A model generated the notes under the pieces. That model saw only the letters and a program-made list of their open reading frames with translations, was not told where the DNA came from and searched no databases. A DNA stretch of 54,645 bases, from positions 1-54,645 of the forward strand of contig JBIOJX010000002.1 of the NCBI GenBank assembly GCA_044451265.1, written 5' to 3'. Source of the stretch: Desulfobaccales bacterium. Its GTDB lineage: Bacteria > Desulfobacterota > Desulfobaccia > Desulfobaccales > 0-14-0-80-60-11. Shown piece after piece: positions 8,724-16,264 of the stretch. A program made the position numbers and the translations under genes. Within the stretch, counting starts at the first letter, position 1; each line of letters starts with the position of its first letter.

Positions 8724-10615
8724 GTGGCATCGTGGGCTTCATCAATCAGGCCGGACAGCCCGTAGAACGGGAGTTGCTGGGGCGCCTGACCACATCCCTC
8801 GCTTTCCGCGGCCCCGATGACCACGGCGTCTGGACTGAAGGCCACGTGGGCCTGGGCCACACCATGCTCCGCACCACCTTGGAGTCCGAGCGCGAGCAGC
8901 AGCCCTGCAGCCTGGACGGCAAGGTGTGGATCACCGCGGATGCCCGCATCGACGGCCGGGCCGACCTCATCCGTGAGCTGGAAGGCCGGGGCTGCACGAA
9001 CCTGAAGAATGTTCCCGATGTCGAACTTATCCTCCATGCCTACCAAGTTTGGGGGGACGATTGCGTCCAGCACCTCATCGGCGACTTCGCCTTTGCCATC
9101 TGGGACGGACCCCGGCGCCGGCTGTGGTGCGCTCGGGACCACCTGGGCGTCAAGCCCTTCTTTTATGCCGACGCGGGCCGGAGCCTGGTGTTCAGCAATA
9201 CCCTGAACTGTATCCGGCGGCATCCGGACATCTCCGACCGGCTCAACGACCTGGCCATCGCCGATTTCCTCCTTTTTGACAACAACCAGGACCCGGCTAC
9301 CACCACCTTTGCCGACATCCAGCGCCTCCCTGCCGCGCACTCCCTGACCTGGCAGCCAGGCGGCGCCGTTAAGGTGCGGCGCTACTGGAGCCTGCCTCAA
9401 GAAGGCGTCGTGCACTACCCGCGCCAGCGTGATTATGTGGAGCGTTTCCAGGAGTTGCTGCGCCAGGCCGTGGCCGACCGCTTGCGCACCGACAAGGTCG
9501 GCGTCCTCCTGAGCGGCGGGCTGGACTCTCCCATGGTAACGGCCATCGCCCGGGACCTCCTGGCCGCCCGCTCTCCGCGCTTTGACCTGCAGTGCTATAC
9601 CATGGTATTCGACCACTTGATTCCGGATGAAGAACGTTATTATGCCGGGGAGGTGGCCAGGCATCTGCATGTCCCGGTCGAGTTTCTGCCGCAGGATGAC
9701 TATGCTTTTTACGGAGGCCAAACAACCATGCGCCGGCCGGAGCCGCGCCACGACCCCCGGGGAGAGGCCAGGACCGAATTGGTAAATCTGGTCGCCAGCC
9801 GGAACCGCTTGGTGTTGACCGGCGAGGGTGGCGACGAGATTCTGTACCCCTCCAAGGCTTATATCTACCGATTGGCCAAGAGGCTGCGTTTGGCCCCTCT
9901 AGCTGCGGGAGTGGGGCGGTGCCTCTTTTTTTACGGCCATGTGCCCCAGGTCGGTTTCAAGACGGCCCTGGGGCGGTGGCGCCAGGGCCGCAGCCGACCC
10001 GGAGAAGGATTCCCGGCGTGGCTCAACCCGGGCTTTGCGGCCCGGCTGGAGCTGCCGACCCGGTGGGAGCGTTTCAATAAAGGGTCTTGGTCAGAGCACC
10101 CGGTGCGCCCCGAGGCCTGTGCCTTCCTCCGCAACCCTCTTATCCAGATGGTTTTTGAGGATTATGACCCAGGGACTTCGGGGGCGCCGGTAGAATTTCG
10201 TCATCCTCTGCTGGACGTGCGCCTGCTCAGTTATGCCCTGAGCCTGCCGCCGCTCCCCTGGTGCGTGGATAAGATCATGCTGCGGGAACTGGGCAAAGGG
10301 CGCTTGCCGGAGGTGGTCCGCCGCCGTCCCAAGGCGCCTTTGGCTGAGTATCCCGAACTGGCTATGCTTCGTCGGCCCGGTTCCCGGTGGCTGGATGACT
10401 TTGCGCCCTGCGAGCAGTTGGGCGCCTATGTCCGGCGCGCCGCGGTGCCCCCGGTGAGCGCCGAGACCGACCAGGAGCGGTTGTGGATGAACCTGCGTCC
10501 TCTCAGTCTCAATTACTGGCTGCACAATCTAAAGGCAGATTTTCCTGATATATTGTCGATAAACCCGAGTTTAACCATGTATGAAGCAACTGCAACTACA
10601 GGGGAAAGATCATGA
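8720..10615 (+). CDS. Lasso peptide isopeptide-bond-forming cyclase (asparagine synthetase-like, C protein)
   Basis: The N-terminal MSGIVGF Ntn-amidotransferase-like start and the SGGLDS PP-loop motif are present. The gene sits in an operon between B1/B2 and the precursor gene. Confidence 0.85.
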   Translation: MSGIVGFINQAGQPVERELLGRLTTSLAFRGPDDHGVWTEGHVGLGHTMLRTTLESEREQQPCSLDGKVWITADARIDGRADLIRELEGRGCTNLKNVPDVELILHAYQVWGDDCVQHLIGDFAFAIWDGPRRRLWCARDHLGVKPFFYADAGRSLVFSNTLNCIRRHPDISDRLNDLAIADFLLFDNNQDPATTTFADIQRLPAAHSLTWQPGGAVKVRRYWSLPQEGVVHYPRQRDYVERFQELLRQAVADRLRTDKVGVLLSGGLDSPMVTAIARDLLAARSPRFDLQCYTMVFDHLIPDEERYYAGEVARHLHVPVEFLPQDDYAFYGGQTTMRRPEPRHDPRGEARTELVNLVASRNRLVLTGEGGDEILYPSKAYIYRLAKRLRLAPLAAGVGRCLFFYGHVPQVGFKTALGRWRQGRSRPGEGFPAWLNPGFAARLELPTRWERFNKGSWSEHPVRPEACAFLRNPLIQMVFEDYDPGTSGAPVEFRHPLLDVRLLSYALSLPPLPWCVDKIMLRELGKGRLPEVVRRRPKAPLAEYPELAMLRRPGSRWLDDFAPCEQLGAYVRRAAVPPVSAETDQERLWMNLRPLSLNYWLHNLKADFPDILSINPSLTMYEATATTGERS

Positions 10616-10749
10616 AACCGACCAAAAAAGAACGGCAGGCTTATCACACTCCTCAGGTGATGGATTACGGCAATGTCAAACAAATCACTATGGCCATTGC
10701 GGGTAGCGGGAGCCAGGACTCTCCGGCAAGAGCCAAAACTCATGCGTAG
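10612..10749 (+). CDS. Lasso peptide precursor (45 aa): MKPTKKERQAYHTPQVMDYGNVKQITMAIAGSGSQDSPARAKTHA
   Basis: The gene is absent from the ORF track because it is shorter than 60 aa. Its ATG overlaps the cyclase stop (ATGA). The leader matches the lasso motif YxxPxLxxxGxxxxxTx, using Y11, P14, V16, G20 and T26. The predicted core is AIAGSGSQDSPARAKTHA, with an acidic acceptor at core position 9. Confidence 0.8.
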   Translation: MKPTKKERQAYHTPQVMDYGNVKQITMAIAGSGSQDSPARAKTHA

Positions 10750-10779
10750 GAATTACGAGGCCCCCGAGCAGCGCTCATA

Positions 10780-11805
10780 ATGGGTGAGTCGTGGTTTTAT
10801 GAGGCTTTCGGCTTGCGGCTCAAGTCCGACCGGGCCATTCCCGGTCTGGTGGCCCAGCCGGAGCCGGCGGCGGTTGATTTGGAGGTATGCCAGGAAGGCC
10901 TGGCGGGATGGTGGAGCCGACTTCTGGAGATGCCGCAAGAATTGTGGCATTTCGGCTTTACGGACGAAAACCGCGGCGAACCCGGCTACAGAATGTGGCT
11001 GGTGGCCGGGGGGGAATACTACCGGCTGCGATACCGAGACGGCTGCCAATTCGTCATGAACCGGGCGTGTACGCGGCTTTGGGTCTCGGGCCCCGAGGGT
11101 GCGACCCCGGAATATCTCGCCACCTACCTGTTGGGCCCGGTTTTGGGGATTCTCCTGCGTTTGCGGGGTACGCCCTGTCTGCACGGCAGCGCCGTGGCCG
11201 TGGGAGCGCAAGCCCTGGGCCTTCTTGGCCCACCGGGCGCCGGGAAATCCACCACCGCCGCGGCCTTTGCCTGTCTCGGCTATCCGGTGCTCACCGATGA
11301 TATCATCGCCCTCAAAGAAGAAGGCGGTGAGTACCTGGCCTTCCCGGGCAATCCGAGACTTTGCTTGTGGCCGCGGTCGGTTGGACTGCTGTTCAACTCC
11401 CCGGAAGCCTTGCCACTCCTGATTCCCGAGAACTCATTAGAACCAGATTGGGATAAACGTTGTCTGGACCTCACCGCGCCGGGTTACCATTATCAATCCC
11501 AGCCGCTGCCTTTGAAAGCGCTATATTTTCTAGGGGAGCGCCGCGGCGATGGCAATCCGCCGGTAACGGCGGTGACCGGCCAGAAGGCCTTGCTAAACCT
11601 AATGGCCAACGCTTATGGCAGCAACATCCTGGACCCTCCCCGGCGGGCGCAAGAATTTGAGGTTCTGGGGCGTTTGCTTACCAAAATCCGCTTGCGCCGA
11701 GTCACGCCGTGCCCCGGGGCTGACCATCTCCGCAGTCTCTGCGAAACGATCCTCTCGGACTTTCACTCCCTGACCGCGGAAATTCCTGCACGGGAGGATG
11801 CCTAA
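10780..11805 (+). CDS. HPr-kinase-related kinase (lasso-cluster kinase type)
   Basis: LHGSAVAVGAQALGLLGPPGAGKSTTAAAFACLGYPVLTDD carries a P-loop in the context typical of the HprK C-terminal domain. The N-terminal YEAFGLRLKSD pattern is seen in HprK-related kinases of RiPP loci. Confidence 0.75.
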   Translation: MGESWFYEAFGLRLKSDRAIPGLVAQPEPAAVDLEVCQEGLAGWWSRLLEMPQELWHFGFTDENRGEPGYRMWLVAGGEYYRLRYRDGCQFVMNRACTRLWVSGPEGATPEYLATYLLGPVLGILLRLRGTPCLHGSAVAVGAQALGLLGPPGAGKSTTAAAFACLGYPVLTDDIIALKEEGGEYLAFPGNPRLCLWPRSVGLLFNSPEALPLLIPENSLEPDWDKRCLDLTAPGYHYQSQPLPLKALYFLGERRGDGNPPVTAVTGQKALLNLMANAYGSNILDPPRRAQEFEVLGRLLTKIRLRRVTPCPGADHLRSLCETILSDFHSLTAEIPAREDA

Positions 11806-11816
11806 TAGGTGTACAC

Positions 11817-13019
11817 ATGCCTTTCTCTTATACTTTCAGCGGTTTTGGCAAAATAATTTTCGATGATGCTTACCGCCTGGGATACCAGCAGGCCATCCGA
11901 CAGGTCGTCATGCCTGGCGACGTGGTGCTGGATCTCGGCTGCGGCAGCGGCCTCTTAGGGCTCCTGGCCTGTAAATGCGGCGCCCGCCGGGTCTACGCCA
12001 TCGAAGTGAGTGACATCATCCATCTGGCCGAGAACTTGGCTGTCGCTAATGGTTACGCCGACCGCATCGAGTACATTAAGGCCCTGTCAACCCAGGTAAG
12101 CCTGCCGGAACGGGTTGACGTCATGATCTCTGACCTGCGCGGCGTGCTGCCTTTCTTTGGAAGACACATCCCGGCGGTCGTGGATGCCCGCAAGCGTTTT
12201 CTGGCTCCGGGAGGCCGTATGCTCCCTCAGCGGGACCTGGTGTGGGCGGCGTTATTGGAATCGCCTAAAGCTTATAATGCCTTAAGTTCACCCTGGGATG
12301 GCCATGGTTATGGGTTAGACTTGAGAGCAGCCCGTGATTTGGCGGTCAACAATTGTTATGTGGTCCGCCCCAAAGCGGGAGGGTTGCTGGCGGCACCAAG
12401 AACTTTGACGGTCCTGGATTATGATGCGGTGGAAAGCCCGGATGTACAGGGCAAATTAAGCTGGGAAGTATCGCGGGCGGGAGTCGGCCATGGATTGGTC
12501 CTGTGGTTCGATTCCATCCTGGCACCGGGGGTGGAGATTGCCAATGCCCCCGGTTCTTTTGAAGAACCGAACAGGCTGATCTATGGAAACTTTTTATGTC
12601 CCTGGCCGGAACCCGTGAACTTGGCAGCGGGGGATGTGGTATCGGTAGACCTGGCCGCCAACCTGGTGGGAGATGAATATATCTGGCGCTGGGACACCCG
12701 CATCCTGGACCAGGGCCAACCGGGGCGTCTAAAGGGTGACTTTCGACAATCCACCCTTTTGAGTGCCATCGTATCCCCAGCCAAATTGCGACGCATTGCC
12801 CACAGCCACGTGCCCGATCTGAGCCGGGACGGCCAGATCGACCGGCTCATCCTGGGGTTGATGGACGGCAACAACTCCCTGGGGGAGATTGCCCGGCAGG
12901 TGGCGGCGGAGTTCCCGGCCCGCTTTTCCGGTGAGGGCGAGGCCCTGGCCCGGGTGGGGAAGTTGTCCCTGGAGTACGGCCGTCCCCTGGATAATAAATA
13001 TTTATTAAAAGATATCTAA
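11817..13019 (+). CDS. PRMT-like class I SAM-dependent methyltransferase with a C-terminal PqqD/RRE-like domain
   Basis: Motif I is VVLDLGCGSGLLGLLACKCGARRVYAIE. VDVMISDLRG sits at the position of the PRMT double-E loop, and GHGLVLWFDS resembles the PRMT beta-barrel. The C-terminus RLILGLMDGNNSLGEIARQVAAEFPARF...ALARVGKLSLEYG resembles a winged-helix RRE. Confidence 0.6.
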   Translation: MPFSYTFSGFGKIIFDDAYRLGYQQAIRQVVMPGDVVLDLGCGSGLLGLLACKCGARRVYAIEVSDIIHLAENLAVANGYADRIEYIKALSTQVSLPERVDVMISDLRGVLPFFGRHIPAVVDARKRFLAPGGRMLPQRDLVWAALLESPKAYNALSSPWDGHGYGLDLRAARDLAVNNCYVVRPKAGGLLAAPRTLTVLDYDAVESPDVQGKLSWEVSRAGVGHGLVLWFDSILAPGVEIANAPGSFEEPNRLIYGNFLCPWPEPVNLAAGDVVSVDLAANLVGDEYIWRWDTRILDQGQPGRLKGDFRQSTLLSAIVSPAKLRRIAHSHVPDLSRDGQIDRLILGLMDGNNSLGEIARQVAAEFPARFSGEGEALARVGKLSLEYGRPLDNKYLLKDI

Positions 13020-13143
13020 ACCTCTCGGATATCCAGGCTTTCCAAACACCCGCCTCATCACCGGGGACTCGAGAGACGTCCTCAGGTTGGCCGGGGCTTT
13101 CTGTAAGTCTCCATCACTAGATCGGTTGGTTAGCCAAACAAAT

Positions 13144-14301
13144 TTACTCCGGGTTCCAGCTTGGGGCTGAGGAGAACAGCGTCCGGAGGGCTTGGCGGAG
13201 GAAGCGGGCTCGGTCAGGCTCCCCGTAGACCGCCAGCAGATACTCGGGCTGGGGCCAGAGCAAGGCTGAGACGTAAAAGACCCAATCGTGCAGGCGGCGA
13301 TGGCGGTATAGGGCCGCGAAATGCGGCGTGAAATACCCGAGAGAGTGGTTTAAAACCAGCCTTTCGGCCCAGGATGGGCGATACCCGGATAGATCGTGCA
13401 GGATTGCTCCAGGGATTAGGTGGGGAAACACTGGCGCCAGCTCCCGGAGAATAAGATAAACCGGCGCCTGACATTGGAACCGAATTAATTCCTCCTGCAG
13501 GGTGGGCCAGTGCAGGGGCAGCGTGCGCAGGGTCCGGCCCAGGTCGACGATCTGCATGGCCCCGTGAAACTCCTCAAAGGTGTGCAGGGCTGAGTGAATC
13601 AAGGCATGTTCCGGACAGAGAACTTTAACCGGTTGACCCTGATAATTCCAGGGGAGGGCCATTTCCTCCAGTCGGTGGAAGGGGAGCGTATAAAAATTAT
13701 CCACCCCGCTGAGGTGCCAATGGAGATCCACCAGTAAAAGACCACCTGGGGGCGGGTTGAAGTGTAATTCATTTCGAAAAAGTTCCCGAAATCCCGGGCG
13801 GGGATCCGTGCATTGAGACTGGAGCGTGAGGCCCAATTCCTCCAGAATCGATTTAACTCGGGAGACGTGTCCGGGAGAGATGAGCAGGTCCAGGTCGGCC
13901 ATGGGCCTGACGGCTGATTCCCCGTACAACCGTATCCGAAGATCCGCGCCCTTGAGGAGGATACTCCCGATCCCGGCCTGGTTGAGAGCCTGAAGCACGC
14001 GTAATACTTCTTGATCTTCCCGGGCGGTGGCCCTCAGGGCCACGATATAATCCTGGCGCAAATGTTCCAATAATGAGTGCTGCAGATGTTTTTCCAGGCC
14101 CTGGCGCATCACCTCCCGGTAGAGCAATGGGGTTAGCCGGTGATGGTGCAGTTGTTCCAGGGTTGGGAGGTCTAAACTGGCGAGAATAACTTCTCCATGG
14201 GGCACGTTATGGAGTTTATCTGCCAGCAGCAGGGGCCAAAAGCCTTGGATGAGGGTAATTGCCTCTTGCCAATCATAAAATTGCTTTTTCCTGAGCATCA
14301 A
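13144..14301 (-). CDS. Nucleotidyltransferase-family protein (NTP_transf_5 / PF14907-like)
   Basis: LLKGADLRIRLYGESAVRPMADLDLLISP is the family signature. This family recurs in kinase-associated lasso and other RiPP loci. The gene is convergent with the operon. Confidence 0.7.
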   Translation of the reverse strand: MMLRKKQFYDWQEAITLIQGFWPLLLADKLHNVPHGEVILASLDLPTLEQLHHHRLTPLLYREVMRQGLEKHLQHSLLEHLRQDYIVALRATAREDQEVLRVLQALNQAGIGSILLKGADLRIRLYGESAVRPMADLDLLISPGHVSRVKSILEELGLTLQSQCTDPRPGFRELFRNELHFNPPPGGLLLVDLHWHLSGVDNFYTLPFHRLEEMALPWNYQGQPVKVLCPEHALIHSALHTFEEFHGAMQIVDLGRTLRTLPLHWPTLQEELIRFQCQAPVYLILRELAPVFPHLIPGAILHDLSGYRPSWAERLVLNHSLGYFTPHFAALYRHRRLHDWVFYVSALLWPQPEYLLAVYGEPDRARFLRQALRTLFSSAPSWNPE

Positions 14302-14693
14302 GGATACCTGGTCTTTGACAACTTTCTTCGAAAGATTTCTGAAAAAATTCGATTTTTAGTTAAACATGTGCTACCATCATTTTCAAGAGAAGACCCGCGA
14401 AAAGGGGAAGGTTAATAGTAGTTGTTTCAAATAACGTTCCCGGGCCTGAACCCTCAAGGAGAGTCTGAGTGGCTTATGGAATTCCGCAAATCTGTTCTTG
14501 TTGCTGAAGCACGGTTTTTCCAAACCCCCCATTTTTTAGGAAAAGCCGGCATCCATAATCTGTATCTCCTCGATTCGTTTACGCCGACCCTCCACGACCC
14601 GGAATGGCCAATTTAATTAACATCGCGTTCCCATTTTTAAACATCTCAGCTAACTACAAGACTTTAACTGACTTATTTGTTTAGTTTATGCAT

Positions 14694-14711
14694 CTGGTAT
14701 GGCTCTTGCTA
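14694..14711 (+). promoter_or_regulatory. Candidate sigma-54 (-24/-12) promoter for the EPS export operon
   Basis: The sequence is cTGGTATGgctcTTGCTa. GG lies at 14696-14697 and GC at 14708-14709, which is the canonical 12-nt register of TGGCACG-N4-TTGCW. It sits about 165 nt upstream of the wza-like start in an AT-rich intergenic region. Confidence 0.45.
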
Positions 14712-14876
14712 TATATTTTCAAGAAAACTAATCAAATATTTAAACTTAATGTCAAGAAAACTAAAAAAATATTTAAAATGGCTAAAAGAAGTGGCAGACA
14801 CCACTTGGAGACAGACGCAGATAAGTTCTATATAACCTGAACTTTAACCAAACCTTATCTACAGGGCCAGGATATC

Positions 14877-15965
14877 ATGAATACATTATTTTTCAGAATA
14901 AAGAGACATTCTTTATTAAGGCTACCTGGGTTATGGACCATAATTTTCGTGTTGATCTTGGTGGGCGCTTGTGCCGGGCCTTCCCGGCAACCTGCTCCAG
15001 ACCAAATGGTTTCCCAGGTTCAAGCCGAGGCTCGCAAAAATAAGCTTCAAGATCAGCTCCTGACCCAGATAGGGCGCGTCACCTTGATGAGTTACCATGA
15101 CTATAAAGTAGGGCCCGAAGATTTACTGGAAATATCTTTTTTTGGGCAGGATGACCTGAGCGGGGAGGTTCGGGTCAATGGCCAGGGAAAAATCAGCATG
15201 TCTTTGGTGGGAGAAGTGCCAGTGGCTGGCCTGTCTCCCCGAGAAATTGAGGACAGATTGTCTAATTTGTACAAGGAAGGCCAATTTTTCACCAACCCTC
15301 AGATCAAGGTCCTGGTTAAGGAGTATCGGCACCAGCGGGTGGTGGTTTCCGGGGCCGTATCCAAACCGGGCGCTTATGAAATGATCGGCCCGCGTACCCT
15401 CTTGGAGGTCATCGGTCAGGCCGGGGGCCTGAGCGAGAATGCCACTGACGTAATTCACGTGATTCGCTCCCAGGATGCCTCCGAGCGTACCGCGGCTTTG
15501 AAGGTGGCTGCTAAGGGACCTGCTGCGGCCGGAGCGCAGACCATCGTCATCGACCTGCGCCGTCTGCTGATGGATGGCGCCATGGAATTGAACCTCCCCA
15601 TAAAAAATGGCGACGTAGTTTTTGTGCCTTTTGCCCAAAATGCTTACATCCTGGGAGCGGTTAGAAAGCCCGGAAACGTGCCGGTCAAAGACAAGTTGAC
15701 CGTAGCGCAAGCCATTGCCATGGCCGGCGGGCTTGACCTTAACCTGGCCTCGAACAATGTAACCGTGGTGCGCTTTGATGATAAGGGGCAGCGCATTGAC
15801 CTCAAATATAATCTGAAAAACGTCATACAGGCGGGGGGGGCCGAGGTTCTGGTAAAACAGAATGATATCATTTTTGTGGAGGAGAGCGGCATTAGAAGAG
15901 CCTTATATGATTTCAAGAACTTGTCCCCCCTTGGCCAATTTTCTGTCCCCTTAGCAACTTTTTAA
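14877..15965 (+). CDS. wza: Outer-membrane polysaccharide export protein (Wza/OPX family, Poly_export + SLBB domains)
   Basis: YKVGPEDLLEISFFGQDDLSGEVRVNGQGKISMSLVGEVPVAGLSPREIEDRL is the Poly_export signature. An N-terminal lipoprotein-like signal (LVGAC) and repeated SLBB-like segments are present. Confidence 0.85.
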   Translation: MNTLFFRIKRHSLLRLPGLWTIIFVLILVGACAGPSRQPAPDQMVSQVQAEARKNKLQDQLLTQIGRVTLMSYHDYKVGPEDLLEISFFGQDDLSGEVRVNGQGKISMSLVGEVPVAGLSPREIEDRLSNLYKEGQFFTNPQIKVLVKEYRHQRVVVSGAVSKPGAYEMIGPRTLLEVIGQAGGLSENATDVIHVIRSQDASERTAALKVAAKGPAAAGAQTIVIDLRRLLMDGAMELNLPIKNGDVVFVPFAQNAYILGAVRKPGNVPVKDKLTVAQAIAMAGGLDLNLASNNVTVVRFDDKGQRIDLKYNLKNVIQAGGAEVLVKQNDIIFVEESGIRRALYDFKNLSPLGQFSVPLATF

Positions 15966-16264
15966 CGATTAAGAAAATATGACCAAATTACCGGTTTTTT
16001 CATTAGGGCCCGGCATAGAAATTGAGATAAAGATCATTGGCCAGGTTGCAGGGGATCTTTCTTAAGGCCGCGACTGGGCCGGAGTTCGCGCTCCATCAGC
16101 CTAGTTTGCCTGGAGCGAGAGAACACCCCCAGCCCGCGGTGGCAAAGATGCTGGATAATTACCGAATCACTACACTACCGATAGGTCGTTACTGTGACAT
16201 CGTACAGGCAATTCTAGGTAATTTAGACGGAACCAACTAATATCTTTAAACTAAAGGAAAGTAT

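Noticed and set aside
8720-10615. The asparagine-synthetase-like gene could be an EPS-associated amidotransferase (as found in exosortase/PEP-CTERM EPS loci) rather than a lasso cyclase.
   Set aside because: It is translationally coupled to the PqqD-like B1 and transglutaminase-like B2 genes upstream and to a motif-perfect lasso precursor downstream. It is also separated from the EPS genes by a convergent gene and an AT-rich promoter region.
14422-14616. Small ORFs (14197-14415, 14422-14616) in the divergent intergenic region.
   Set aside because: They lie in an AT-rich promoter-type region and have no RBS or motifs. One overlaps the 5' end of the nucleotidyltransferase gene in antisense.
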